Positions 36,922 to 47,006 of a stretch of 52,820 bases of DNA are shown in pieces (position 1 is the first letter of the stretch; each line of letters starts with the position of its first letter). This DNA comes from a virus (Duplodnaviria; Caudoviricetes). The translations under genes and the position numbers were made by a program. The DNA lies in IMG/VR virus record IMGVR_UViG_3300025101_000034, positions 1 to 52,820 of that record. One strand, given 5' to 3'. The notes under the pieces were generated by a model, which was given only the letters and a program-made list of their open reading frames with translations, ran no database searches and was not told the origin of the DNA.

Positions 36922-37146
36922 TTATAAAGCTTGAATTTCACGTTGCAAGTACACATGTAATGGTTCAAGCTTCGCTTTTGCTCTTTGAAGTAAAACTCTG
37001 ATGATTTGTCTATCCATTTCTGAAAATACTACATCAACTTTATCAACTGGAAACTCAGATATCTCTGAGACTATTTTACCCTCTGGTGTAAGTAGCACCG
37101 AAAAACTTATTAGGTTGCCCTCACTCTTTTGTTTTTTCCTCTTCAT
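36922..37146 (-). CDS. Hypothetical protein
   Basis: 74-aa ORF overlapping the upstream gene; last gene of the - arm. Confidence 0.65.
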   Translation of the reverse strand: MKRKKQKSEGNLISFSVLLTPEGKIVSEISEFPVDKVDVVFSEMDRQIIRVLLQRAKAKLEPLHVYLQREIQAL

Positions 37147-37573
37147 TTCTTTTCCTTAATTCAGTAGTGCTAAATCTGTGTCCCCTCTTGTTATAATATA
37201 TTTCTATTCCTCTTTCTTTACATAATCCTCTACCAGTAAATACAGAGTTTCTATATTCCTCTCCTATAATTCTTACATCTATAGGAAAGGTATATAAAAT
37301 ATCTTCTAGTTCATCCTCTCTATGGTAGACAACAATCTCATCTACCCACTTTATTCCTTTTAATTGTATCTGTCTTTCTACAATACTTTGTAAAGGTTTG
37401 TTTTTTTCTGGCCTGTCTGTGGATGGGTCAGTCTGTAATGCTACAATCAAGTAGTCACATACTGTCCTGGCTTCTTCTAACATAGTAACATGACCTGCAT
37501 GTAATAAATCAAAAGCCCCACAAGTAATACCTACTTTAGCTTTGAGTCCTAAGATATCAAACTTCTTGCTCAT
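37121..37573 (-). CDS. Glycerol-3-phosphate cytidylyltransferase-like (TagD family)
   Basis: HxGH motif 'GAFDLLHAGH', 'DYLIVALQTDP', 'R..RFSTTELR'. Confidence 0.88.
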   Translation of the reverse strand: MSKKFDILGLKAKVGITCGAFDLLHAGHVTMLEEARTVCDYLIVALQTDPSTDRPEKNKPLQSIVERQIQLKGIKWVDEIVVYHREDELEDILYTFPIDVRIIGEEYRNSVFTGRGLCKERGIEIYYNKRGHRFSTTELRKRNEEEKTKE

Positions 37574-38553
37574 TCAGATAAATCTGCAAACGTAATGTTC
37601 TTATGACTACCTCTTAGTCCTGCTTTCATATAAGTAGTTGCTCTACCCTCAAAGAAGTTCTGATGTTCTACACCCATAACTTCATCTAACCAAGGTAAAG
37701 GATTTTCTTTTTGATTGTAATTAGGTTTTAATCCTAACTGTAATAATCTTCTATCAGCTATGTATCTATTGTAAGCATACATGTCGTCTTTAGTAAGGCC
37801 TTGTAAATCTCCCATCTCAAATACTAAGTCAAGAAACTTGTCTTCAAGCTTTACCATCTCTCTACATATTTGATAGATTTCTTTTTTAAATTCATCAGTC
37901 CATATATTTAAGTTCTCTTGTATGAACTCTCTAAATAATTTAGTCATAGCTTCAACATGCATTGATTCATCACGAATAGAATAAGTTACAATCTGACCCA
38001 TTCCTTTCATTTTACCGAACCTTGGAAAGTTTAATAAGATTGCAAAGCTACTAAATAATTGTAGGCCTTCTGTAAAAGCTGAGTAAACTGCTAGAGTTTT
38101 AGCTATAGTTTTTTTATCAGACTTTAATGGTTTAAAGTTACCAACATAATCATGCTTGTCAGACATCTCTTCATACTCAGCAAATGCTTTGTATTCTATC
38201 TCAGGCATTCCTACTGTATCTAATAATAGACTGTAAGCATCTTGGTGTATTGACTCCATGTTAGCAAATGAAGACATCATCATTCTTGCTTCTGGCTTTT
38301 TAAATATAGGCATGTACTTGTCTACATAACCTGCACCTACGTCTACATCTGATTGTGTAAATAATCTAAAGATTTGAGTAAGTAAATACTTCTCATTCTT
38401 TGTAACATCCTGCCAATCTTTTACGTCATTGTGTAAAGGTACTGACTCAGGCATCCAATGCATTTGATTCTGTAGTTTGTAATAATCATACATCCACGGA
38501 TATTCAAACGGTTTGTAATAATCTCTATCAGTTAATAGTGCCATCTTGCTCAA
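37570..38553 (-). CDS. nrdB: Ribonucleotide reductase class I beta subunit
   Basis: Di-metal ligands SDVDV, ESIH, TEG, RDESMH; radical Tyr in 'HQDAY'; C-terminal 'NFFE'. Confidence 0.95.
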   Translation of the reverse strand: MSKMALLTDRDYYKPFEYPWMYDYYKLQNQMHWMPESVPLHNDVKDWQDVTKNEKYLLTQIFRLFTQSDVDVGAGYVDKYMPIFKKPEARMMMSSFANMESIHQDAYSLLLDTVGMPEIEYKAFAEYEEMSDKHDYVGNFKPLKSDKKTIAKTLAVYSAFTEGLQLFSSFAILLNFPRFGKMKGMGQIVTYSIRDESMHVEAMTKLFREFIQENLNIWTDEFKKEIYQICREMVKLEDKFLDLVFEMGDLQGLTKDDMYAYNRYIADRRLLQLGLKPNYNQKENPLPWLDEVMGVEHQNFFEGRATTYMKAGLRGSHKNITFADLSE

Positions 38554-38761
38554 CCTCCCCTATTAGTTTTTTAAGCCCACTTATTCTTTCGTCTGCTTCA
38601 TTATATTTTTTTATTAGACCATCTAATGTTTCAATTAAATTAGGATGGTCTGCCACTCCTACTGGATTTTCAAAGTAAAGTATTATGTTTACCTTTGCTT
38701 CTTGTTTCTCTGCTTCGTATTTACAAAACAAAGATTGTACTACTTGTTGTTGTAATTTCAT
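38528..38761 (-). CDS. Hypothetical protein ('NPVGVADHP' type)
   Basis: 77-aa helical ORF within the operon. Confidence 0.7.
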   Translation of the reverse strand: MKLQQQVVQSLFCKYEAEKQEAKVNIILYFENPVGVADHPNLIETLDGLIKKYNEADERISGLKKLIGEVEQDGTIN

Positions 38762-38910
38762 TTGTTTACCTTATATCTTTTATCTGGTGTCCCATCTTTT
38801 TTGAGACGTACCGTTTTATTCTTTTTATTTTGATTTAGTCCTACCATCTTCATTATCTTATGTAATCTAGCAGACTTCATCAGTCTGTGAAAATATTTAA
38901 CGAATCGCAT
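38758..38910 (-). CDS. Small basic protein, 50 aa (not in ORF track)
   Basis: MRFVKYFHRLMKSARLHK...RLKKDGTPDKRYKVNK*; RBS GGAGG; fills the gap with ATGA coupling. Confidence 0.65.
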   Translation of the reverse strand: MRFVKYFHRLMKSARLHKIMKMVGLNQNKKNKTVRLKKDGTPDKRYKVNK

Positions 38911-39463
38911 ATATGTCCTCCCCTTCTGTCCATGTTAAATAACCTTGAGCTTGTAATATATCTACAGCTTTGATGTCATCAATATGTTTGTGTTCCATCT
39001 TTATAAATGTAGGTTTAACATCCCAAGTATAATCTTCTATAATATTCATCTCATGTCCTTCGACATCTATCTTTAGAAAATCTATGTTTGTAATTCCATT
39101 CTCGTAAATAAGAGTATCTAATCTTGTACAAGGAACTTCTATAACTTTGTCTAAATACTCTTCTTTACTCCAAGACTCATACTCAAATATCTTACCACCT
39201 TTATGGTTGTCAGATACAATAGATGACATTCCTCTGACAGATTTATCTGGATAGTCTTGTTTAGATACACCTAGCTCTATCATACCTTCATAGTCTGATA
39301 TAGCATATTGTAAAGTTATAACATTATCATAGTCTTCCATAACCCTATTCATATTTTTAAATGCCTGTGGGTTAGGCTCTATCATAATTCCTTGCCAGCC
39401 GTTATCAGCTAACTTTTGACAAGTATCAAAATCACACGTTCCTATTTCTATAAATGTTTTCAT
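38897..39463 (-). CDS. FkbM-family SAM-dependent methyltransferase
   Basis: 'FIEIG', 'GWQGIMIEP', 'IDFLKIDVEGHE'. Confidence 0.88.
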   Translation of the reverse strand: MKTFIEIGTCDFDTCQKLADNGWQGIMIEPNPQAFKNMNRVMEDYDNVITLQYAISDYEGMIELGVSKQDYPDKSVRGMSSIVSDNHKGGKIFEYESWSKEEYLDKVIEVPCTRLDTLIYENGITNIDFLKIDVEGHEMNIIEDYTWDVKPTFIKMEHKHIDDIKAVDILQAQGYLTWTEGEDIYAIR

Positions 39464-39798
39464 TTCTTCCTTTTATGTAATTTAATAAAATATTCTGCAT
39501 CAATAACAATCAATGGTTTATGCCTGTTCTTTTTTATAACAACTACAGGTTCATACTTCCCACAGTTTTCCGATGCTTGTTTGTAGGATGTCCAGACATT
39601 GACTCGTTCCTGATTTTTACATTCAACTGAGTAAGGAAAATTCTTCCTTGCAGCTCTTGCCATAATAAGGTCTTCACCAGAAGAACCCATAGGGCGACTT
39701 TCAATATCTTCCACATGTATTTTTAATTCTTTTATAAGTTGGTCTCTAGTCCACTTTTGTAGATTACGACCTTTAGCTTTTGCTGATTGTGTCTTCAT
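39460..39798 (-). CDS. Holliday-junction-resolvase-like PD-(D/E)XK nuclease
   Basis: 'SAKAKGRNLQ', 'MGSSGEDL', 'SVECKNQE'. Confidence 0.75.
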   Translation of the reverse strand: MKTQSAKAKGRNLQKWTRDQLIKELKIHVEDIESRPMGSSGEDLIMARAARKNFPYSVECKNQERVNVWTSYKQASENCGKYEPVVVIKKNRHKPLIVIDAEYFIKLHKRKK

Positions 39799-41690
39799 CC
39801 TTCACAGGCTATACATTCCACGTCATCTAATTTTATTCTAGGTACTTTTATGTTTACATTCTCTACATTCCTTGCAGCATTTGACCTGAAGTAATATAAA
39901 GATTTTAATTTATTCATTCCGTACCAATGAACATCATTTACATATTGCATGTAATCGTCATGTATTTCCTGAGCCTCCGTTGTCTTTGGTAAAGTAAAAA
40001 ATAAGTTTACTGATTGTGCTTGACATATATATTGTTGTCTTTGATAAGCATGCTCTACTATCCATATCTGATTTATCTCGTTAGCTGTCTTAAATATTTC
40101 TTTCTCTTCGTCTGTAAGAATATCTAATTGTTGAACACTTCCTTCGTTTGCTGTAATACTCTTCCAGGTTTCTTCTAATTTTTTTCCTCTAAGTTTTTTT
40201 TGCTTGAAGATTTTTGATAAGTATTTGTTCTTGACCTGGTAAGAGCCTGATAAAGTTTTGTGGGTATATGCATTAGCACGGTAAGGCTCAATGCTAGGGC
40301 TAGTACCACTACAAATAATGCCAGAGCTAGCATTAGGAGCAACAGCAAGAAGGTTAGCATTACGAAGCTCCCCACCATGTAGGTCAGGACATTCACCACG
40401 TAACTCGCAAAGTCTCTTAGAAGCTTCTGTGGCTGAATTTTTAATAAAGCTAAATGCCTTATGGTTAAAGCTCGTAGCAAAGATGCTTTCAAACGAAATG
40501 TTTTTAGACTGGAGATAAGCATGGAAACCCATTGCTCCCAGACCAAGAGACCTTTCTCTATAAGCAGAGTAAGCAGACTTAATAAAGCCTTCTTTCCCAG
40601 GTTTGATATAGTTTTTAAAACGTTTAAAATTTGCAATGTACCCTCCTAAGTTTGATGTATCTATGGCATTCTCAATATAATGTTCAATGACGTTATCCAA
40701 CATTGTTATTAAATCTTGAATGAACAAAGGTTCTTTAGACCAGGTATCAAAGTGTTCAAGGTTTACACTAGACAAACAACAAACGGCTGTTCTTTCTTCA
40801 TCTGTTGGTAAAGTAATCTCAGAACATAAGTTACTTTGTTTTATACTTAAGCCTAATTCTTTTTGTGGTTCAGGTAAACTATCATTACATGTATCTATAT
40901 TAACCATGTACGGCTCGCCTGTCTCAGCCCTGGCATTTAACATCTGCCACCATAAATCTCTAGCTTTTATAGTCCTTACTGCTTCTTTTGTTTTAGGGTC
41001 AATCAGTCTCCAGTCTGCATCTTCTTTTACTGCCTGGAGATAATCGTTAGTTATGTTTACTCCGTTGTGTAGATTAAGAGACTTTCTATTTATATCGCCA
41101 CCAGATTCTTTTCTAATATTTATAAACTCTTCTATCTCAGGATGTGATATATCCATATAAGCAGCATAGCTACCACGTCTTGTAGTGCCTTGATTGAAGG
41201 CCAGCATCTGTGAGTCTACTACATGGATGAAAGGAATACTTCCAGTAGAACGAGAGCCATGAGCAGTAGATATCCCATTACTCCTAACATCCCCCCAATA
41301 TCCACCAATCCCTCCACCTGAGCTTGCGAGCCAAATATTCTCATCATAATGAGCAGAAAGACCATCCCTACTGTCAGGTACGTAATTAAGAAAGCAACTG
41401 ATAGGAAGCCCACGTGTTGTTCCTCCGTTACTAAGTATAGGAGTGCTGAACATGAACCAACGAGAGGAACAGTAAGAGTAAAGTCTCTGAGCCAATTCAA
41501 AATCTGTTTCACCTTTGTATGTTGCTCCGAAGATGGAGGCTCTTGCGAATGCTTCTTGTGCATGTGTCTCATTATCCCATAAATATCTATCTTTTAAAGT
41601 ATCTAAACTGAATTTATCAAACTCTTTTTCTTTATCGTAGTCTATCGTTATACCTAAATAAGGTTTATTTCCTATTTTATCTTCCATCAT
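39795..41690 (-). CDS. nrdA: Ribonucleotide reductase class I alpha subunit (compact, no evident ATP cone)
   Basis: 'PISCF', 'QGTTRRG', 'SNLCSEI', 'APNASS', C-terminal 'KSLYY' and 'CIACEG'. Confidence 0.95.
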   Translation of the reverse strand: MMEDKIGNKPYLGITIDYDKEKEFDKFSLDTLKDRYLWDNETHAQEAFARASIFGATYKGETDFELAQRLYSYCSSRWFMFSTPILSNGGTTRGLPISCFLNYVPDSRDGLSAHYDENIWLASSGGGIGGYWGDVRSNGISTAHGSRSTGSIPFIHVVDSQMLAFNQGTTRRGSYAAYMDISHPEIEEFINIRKESGGDINRKSLNLHNGVNITNDYLQAVKEDADWRLIDPKTKEAVRTIKARDLWWQMLNARAETGEPYMVNIDTCNDSLPEPQKELGLSIKQSNLCSEITLPTDEERTAVCCLSSVNLEHFDTWSKEPLFIQDLITMLDNVIEHYIENAIDTSNLGGYIANFKRFKNYIKPGKEGFIKSAYSAYRERSLGLGAMGFHAYLQSKNISFESIFATSFNHKAFSFIKNSATEASKRLCELRGECPDLHGGELRNANLLAVAPNASSGIICSGTSPSIEPYRANAYTHKTLSGSYQVKNKYLSKIFKQKKLRGKKLEETWKSITANEGSVQQLDILTDEEKEIFKTANEINQIWIVEHAYQRQQYICQAQSVNLFFTLPKTTEAQEIHDDYMQYVNDVHWYGMNKLKSLYYFRSNAARNVENVNIKVPRIKLDDVECIACEG

Positions 41691-41937
41691 TTCTCTCTAT
41701 GTATATGGCTATAATTGCATAATGTATTATCTTTAATAGCTCTTTTTCTTTTTCATCCTTCTTGCCACATCGCATAGCATATTTCATTATGTTACCAATA
41801 CAAAAACCTTCGCCATGTCCAGCATCAATAATCATATCTGTAGCTTGATACTTACCTGCATAGTGTTGTTTATAAGTATCAACAATATAATCTTCGACTT
41901 CTGCTAGAATTTCTAGTTCATCAAATTTACCTTCCAT
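41677..41937 (-). CDS. DUF3310-like protein (T7 gp1.7-related family)
   Basis: 'HY...GFCIGNIMKYAMRCGKK...LLKIIHY'. Confidence 0.75.
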   Translation of the reverse strand: MEGKFDELEILAEVEDYIVDTYKQHYAGKYQATDMIIDAGHGEGFCIGNIMKYAMRCGKKDEKEKELLKIIHYAIIAIYIERNDGR

Positions 41938-42281
41938 TAAAATGTTATTCCTGTATTTACTCCTAAGCCTGAAGGAGCTTCTTCTTTTTTCTTGTCTAAT
42001 AATAAAGTATAGTTTATATCTTCTAGGTTATATCCTTTCTTAATTAAAACCTTTATCTTTTTCTGTACCCACTTCAAAGTCCAGGCTGATAAGTGTAAAG
42101 TTTCTTGATGAAAGTAATGAGTTTGTTTTGGTATCATCGACATCATATCTTTCTTTACCTCACTATCAACAACAGGATTCATAGTGTTTCTTTCTTCTTC
42201 AGATAAACATTCAAATCTTATCCAGTCATATAACACTTGATAACTTTTCTTTCTTATAGCTTTAGATTTCTTTGCATTCAT
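41937..42281 (-). CDS. Hypothetical protein
   Basis: 114-aa ORF coupled on both sides. Confidence 0.65.
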   Translation of the reverse strand: MNAKKSKAIRKKSYQVLYDWIRFECLSEEERNTMNPVVDSEVKKDMMSMIPKQTHYFHQETLHLSAWTLKWVQKKIKVLIKKGYNLEDINYTLLLDKKKEEAPSGLGVNTGITF

Positions 42282-43087
42282 AAGGTTGATGAGTCGTAAT
42301 TCTTAACTAACTTCCAGTAACTTAATAAACTATTAAACATTTCTACATGTTTTATATGTGAGTCTTCATCCCAGATATGTCCTAGGGCTAAGTCTGTTTG
42401 TTCTCTATCAACAAATACAGATACACGTTGAGGGTTATCAAAGCCACAGCCCTGTGCATAGGCTGACAACTGCATACCATGCTCATCATAAACTAATTTA
42501 GCTGGGTCTTTACCTTCCAGGCCATCTTTGGTTTTAAAATCCACAAAGATACCTGACTTAGAATATAAGTCTATCTTACCACCATAGCCTAATTCCGAAC
42601 AAAAAGAATCTTCAGCAATCCACTCCTCTTCTGGAAAGTAATCGTCTAAGATTTTCTTTACGGCACGATAAGATTTATTGTCTGACTTACCTTCAAACCC
42701 TTTTTCAATAAGGGCATGTATCTTAGTACCTAGGGATGCTGCCGTTTGACCGATGTCTCTTTGAGCAGTCTTACATCTATAAATAAAGTCTTCGTTTGAT
42801 TCGTCCTCGCCTTGTTGTAATTCAATGGAGGCTTCAAGAGCTTTATTTATTTTCCAATTTTCTAATGAAGGTTTAGCTACAATATTAAGAACCGTAGTCA
42901 CAGAGGGTACTAACCCTTCTTTCTTGGCATCTCTTAATGTTGTGTTTCTTTCTTTACCGTTTGCACCGATGATGGTGTAAGCTGGCGACCCCTCTCTGTC
43001 ATACCAATGTCCAGCTTCCGATGTGAACTTATTATTATACACCTGACTTTGCGATTTGTCGATAGGCTCTTCAGTTTTTGTCGTCAT
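42278..43087 (-). CDS. PD-(D/E)XK exonuclease (Cas4/RecB-like)
   Basis: 'PSVTTVL', 'GTKIH', 'GGKIDL', 'DFKT', 'QLSAY'. Confidence 0.85.
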   Translation of the reverse strand: MTTKTEEPIDKSQSQVYNNKFTSEAGHWYDREGSPAYTIIGANGKERNTTLRDAKKEGLVPSVTTVLNIVAKPSLENWKINKALEASIELQQGEDESNEDFIYRCKTAQRDIGQTAASLGTKIHALIEKGFEGKSDNKSYRAVKKILDDYFPEEEWIAEDSFCSELGYGGKIDLYSKSGIFVDFKTKDGLEGKDPAKLVYDEHGMQLSAYAQGCGFDNPQRVSVFVDREQTDLALGHIWDEDSHIKHVEMFNSLLSYWKLVKNYDSSTL

Positions 43088-43508
43088 TTTTTTGTCCTTT
43101 GTCTAACTCTTCTTTGAATGCTTTGATGACATCACTAGAGAAAAGTTTTTGTAAGTTTACAAGATACATCCTACTGGCATTGTGGTCGCCTCCTGATACC
43201 GTCTTGAATGTATCTAATTGATTTACTATTAACTTTAACATCTCAGTATCAAAAACAATAGTACAAAACTCTTTGTCTCCTACACATAGATTATGAAACC
43301 AATAGTCTGATTCCGTTGCTCGTATGCCAGATGGTTTACTCCAGGATTCGTATTCAATACAAATGTTTCCTGTCTCCATCCATCTACCACGTTCAGATTT
43401 AACTTCTATCTTTTTATTTTCTAACATGTCCCTGATTTTATCTTCTCGTATCTCCCCATACTTTAAGTCCAGGTCAAATTTCTTTTGGTCTTTCTTAGTG
43501 GGTTTCAC
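43071..43508 (-). CDS. Restriction-endonuclease-like PD-(D/E)XK protein
   Basis: 'IEVKSE...TGNICIEY...SGI.AT.SDYW'. Confidence 0.65.
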   Translation of the reverse strand: MKPTKKDQKKFDLDLKYGEIREDKIRDMLENKKIEVKSERGRWMETGNICIEYESWSKPSGIRATESDYWFHNLCVGDKEFCTIVFDTEMLKLIVNQLDTFKTVSGGDHNASRMYLVNLQKLFSSDVIKAFKEELDKGQKNDDKN

Positions 43509-45243
43509 TCCAGTTTCCTCCTACTTTATACTCAGCATCTAAAGGACACCTCATATCATAGTATTCAGCAGTTTCTCTTATTGCTCTTATCCCCATCTCT
43601 CCTACAAAGTCTGCTGTTTTCTCTGTGGTTTCTATCTGCCACTCATCGTGTACGTTGGCTACAATTTTATAATCTACTGTATTTAATTTTAATAAATCAA
43701 CTAACTTTACTAAGGCTCTCTTCATTACTATTGCTCCACCACATTGTAGTAACGTATTTAAAGCAGCATGTTTGTGCCTTAGCCTTATCTTCCTACCGTC
43801 CAGGCCTTTTAAGAATCCCTTTCTTGTCGCTGATTCAACTCTGTTCTTAAGATTGTTAAATGATGGGAGACTACTGAGAAAAGACTCTCGCATTCTTTTA
43901 CCTTCCTTTCTACTTCCTCCAATGATTTTTCCAATCTTTTCGTCTCCTGCTCCGTATATGAGGGCATAGATGAAAGTTTTTGCCTGGTCTCTTGATTCAA
44001 GGCCAGCAAGTTTTTGGTTAGCTGTGTGAATATCTCCGTGTAATATCTCATTTATATACTCCTTATCTGCCATATAGTGTGCTAATAATCTAAGCTCTAA
44101 CTGACTTGCATCTATACCTACAAGTCTATTGCCTTCGTCTACCGTCCAACATTGTCTGCATTCCTTTCCGTATACATTGTGTATGCTAGGAACTTGAGCC
44201 ATGTTAGGATTGTTGTGTGTCATTCTTCCTGTAATAGCACCGTTACTTATTACATATCCATGAACCCTACCATCGTCTTCAACAGCATCTATCCATGATT
44301 GTATCTGTGCTACTCTCTTTTGTAATAATAAAAACTCTGCAATAAGATTAGCCTCATGTATGTGGTCAATCTTTTTTAGTGTACCCTCATCTACTATAGG
44401 TTGTCCAGTAGGTGTAAATCTTTCAGGCTTCCATCCGAAGTCCATCAAGTATTCTCCTATCTGTTTTCTACTGCCTAAATTAAACTCTACTAATTGTTTT
44501 CTTATAAACTTATAATCTTTTGGCATGGGTACATCTGCAAACTTTTCTAATAGATTATTGTACTCATGCTCATTCAGTCCTTGCTTAGATAGTGTGCCGT
44601 CTTTTTTTAAACGTGGTTCAACTTCTTTTACATCAACCCATTTAGGTTTAAATGTTTCATGCACCTCGTCCTCAACTTCTTTCCGTCTTGAAACTAATTT
44701 ACTTAGTAAAGTCATAGCTTGCTCCATGTCAAACTTGAAGCCGTCTTTACGTTGTTGGTTTATAATTTTAAAAACAGAATGTTCCAGGTTCACACACTCC
44801 TGGGAAAAACCTTTGACGTGCTGTTGTAAATGTTGATAAAGTTTTTTGTTTAACTTCACATCTAAAACACAATAGTCCAGCATTTCTTTACTGTAGATAG
44901 TAAAGTCTTCAGGGGGTGTTCCTTTGTTTTGTCCTAAAAGAAATCCCCAGTTTTTTAAACTGTGTCCTTTCTCTTTGTTGGGGTTTATTAATCTTGATAC
45001 AACAAGAGTATCAACAATTTGTTTATCGTATAGGTCAACATCATGTAGCTTTTTTATTACTGGAATGTCAAAGCCTAATATGTTGTGGCCTACCAAAGTG
45101 TCAGCTTGTTGTAGGTATTTGATACCGTCTTCTATCTGGTCAGGGTCAAAAGTCTTTACGTTGTTCTCTTCGTCTATTGTTACTATACACCATATCTTAG
45201 TCGCCTTAAGGTCATCAGTCTCAATATCAAAGACTAACTTCAC
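43495..45243 (-). CDS. polA: DNA polymerase family A (T7-like, with 3'-5' exonuclease)
   Basis: Exo DIET, GHN..FD, YC..D; polymerase motif A DASQLELR, motif B AKTFIYALIYG (Tyr at the E. coli 762-equivalent, as in T7), motif C VHDE. Confidence 0.97.
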   Translation of the reverse strand: MKLVFDIETDDLKATKIWCIVTIDEENNVKTFDPDQIEDGIKYLQQADTLVGHNILGFDIPVIKKLHDVDLYDKQIVDTLVVSRLINPNKEKGHSLKNWGFLLGQNKGTPPEDFTIYSKEMLDYCVLDVKLNKKLYQHLQQHVKGFSQECVNLEHSVFKIINQQRKDGFKFDMEQAMTLLSKLVSRRKEVEDEVHETFKPKWVDVKEVEPRLKKDGTLSKQGLNEHEYNNLLEKFADVPMPKDYKFIRKQLVEFNLGSRKQIGEYLMDFGWKPERFTPTGQPIVDEGTLKKIDHIHEANLIAEFLLLQKRVAQIQSWIDAVEDDGRVHGYVISNGAITGRMTHNNPNMAQVPSIHNVYGKECRQCWTVDEGNRLVGIDASQLELRLLAHYMADKEYINEILHGDIHTANQKLAGLESRDQAKTFIYALIYGAGDEKIGKIIGGSRKEGKRMRESFLSSLPSFNNLKNRVESATRKGFLKGLDGRKIRLRHKHAALNTLLQCGGAIVMKRALVKLVDLLKLNTVDYKIVANVHDEWQIETTEKTADFVGEMGIRAIRETAEYYDMRCPLDAEYKVGGNWSETH

Positions 45244-46898
45244 AATAGCAACTCCTGCTCATCTGGTTCAAGTTCTGATAAATCTTGTTCAGCTAATCTA
45301 CCTGTCTCAACATCGTATATTAGATTAGTAGCTAGACCTACGTCTCCTGTATATCTTGATTTAAGTATTCTTAATTTAGTTGTCCTGGACACTAACTCAT
45401 CATCACTTTGTTGGTTTCTTTCTAAAGCAATAACACAATCAGATAACTGTGCAATACTGTTAGAACCTCTCAAGTGTGAAAGAGAAACTTCTATACCGTT
45501 CTCATGTCCTTTGTTACCGTCCACTCTTCTAAGATGACTAACTAAAATGATGCCAGCTCCTGTCTCTTCAACCATACTTCTAAGCCTGGTCATAATATTA
45601 TCAATAGCTCTTCTCTCGTCCCCTTCTCCGATGGCTGATACCAGCATGTGCAAGTGGTCTACTACTACCCACTTACAATCACATCCTATAATTAAGTATC
45701 TTAGTTTTGAAAATATACTCTCAATATCATTAGTACCAAAGTGAGCATGGACAAATACTCTATCTCCGTCAAAGGTTCTATCATACATATCCTCCAATGT
45801 TTTCCTATCAAACTTATCTCTTTCCTGGTCTATGTATATCCTGGCATTTGCTTCTATAGATAACACACCGTCAACTGTTCTTCTCCAGTCTTCTTCAAGA
45901 GCTATGATACCAACGTTGTCTGCTGTCTCATTGATGAGCCAATGCTCAAGCTCCCTGGTTACACTTGATTTACCTAGGCCTGTACCACCTGTAAGTGTTA
46001 GTAACTCTCCTTGTCTCAAGCCGTATAGTTTATTGTTAAGACCTTGCCAAGGATATGGAACACACTCTTTCTTTTCTCGTTGAAAGAACTGGTCTTTCTT
46101 CTCAGCTACTCTAATGATACCAGAGGGAGTAAAGACTTGTGCATCCCACCATGCTCTTACAAAGTGTTCAAACTTCTTTTGTTTAAGCATATCGTTAGCA
46201 TCTTTAAAACCATTGGGTAAGGTCATAATCTTTGCCTTGCCTGGCTTAAGAATAGATGCTACTTCTTTGGATGCTTTTATTCCTGGAGCATCGCCATCAA
46301 AGCAAATAACAATATGTTCAAAGCTCTCTACATATTCTAGGTTTTCTTTTATATCTTTGACTGCTGAGGAAGCTCCTCTTTTGATTGATACTGAAGCCCA
46401 CTTAGAACCCATGAGTTCAAATGCAGACATAGCATCTACTTCCCCTTCAGTAATCGTGAGGAACTTCCCACCCTCTTTAAATAAATGTTGGCCAAATAAT
46501 CCTGTGCCTTGTATCTGTCCCTGGCATAAAAACTTTTTATCCCTGGTATATCTTATCTTGTTAGCTGTTAACTCATGTTTAATATAGTAAGGATATACAT
46601 GCTGTGCTATCTCGCCTTGACTATCATAGACAACTTTAACACCGTACTTCTTAGCTGTCTCAGAGCTTATGTTCCTGTCTTTAAGGGATGCAAAAGAAGC
46701 TCCGTGTACGTTTAGCAAGGGAGCTGACTTTGGTTCTGGAGTATAAAATTCATCTGTATTCTCTTCAAACTTTGGGAAGAATTTGTCGCAACTAAAACAC
46801 TTAGCTGACCCATCTTCGTTAACTGATAAAGCATCTGAACTATTACATGCTGGACATGGCAAGTGATACTTTTTAAATTTACTTTTTTGTTCGTTCAT
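45240..46898 (-). CDS. T7 gp4-like primase-helicase (probable start 46898)
   Basis: Zn finger CPAC...CFSC, TOPRIM EGEVD / FDGD, Walker A GGTGLGKS, 'LRGS..IAQLSD'; RBS AGGAG before MNEQ. Confidence 0.95.
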   Translation of the reverse strand: MNEQKSKFKKYHLPCPACNSSDALSVNEDGSAKCFSCDKFFPKFEENTDEFYTPEPKSAPLLNVHGASFASLKDRNISSETAKKYGVKVVYDSQGEIAQHVYPYYIKHELTANKIRYTRDKKFLCQGQIQGTGLFGQHLFKEGGKFLTITEGEVDAMSAFELMGSKWASVSIKRGASSAVKDIKENLEYVESFEHIVICFDGDAPGIKASKEVASILKPGKAKIMTLPNGFKDANDMLKQKKFEHFVRAWWDAQVFTPSGIIRVAEKKDQFFQREKKECVPYPWQGLNNKLYGLRQGELLTLTGGTGLGKSSVTRELEHWLINETADNVGIIALEEDWRRTVDGVLSIEANARIYIDQERDKFDRKTLEDMYDRTFDGDRVFVHAHFGTNDIESIFSKLRYLIIGCDCKWVVVDHLHMLVSAIGEGDERRAIDNIMTRLRSMVEETGAGIILVSHLRRVDGNKGHENGIEVSLSHLRGSNSIAQLSDCVIALERNQQSDDELVSRTTKLRILKSRYTGDVGLATNLIYDVETGRLAEQDLSELEPDEQELLL

Positions 46899-47006
46899 TG
46901 GTTCTCCTAATTGGTGTTGAAGCAAGAGATGGAGAACAAATATACACTACGATATAACTCACTCCAACACCGTGCTACTTTTATGGAGTAGCCAACCATA
47001 TTACTT

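Noticed and set aside
42278-43087. Cas4-like nuclease as part of a CRISPR system
   Set aside because: Solo PD-(D/E)XK exonuclease in the replication block; no array, cas1/cas2 or Fe-S Cys cluster
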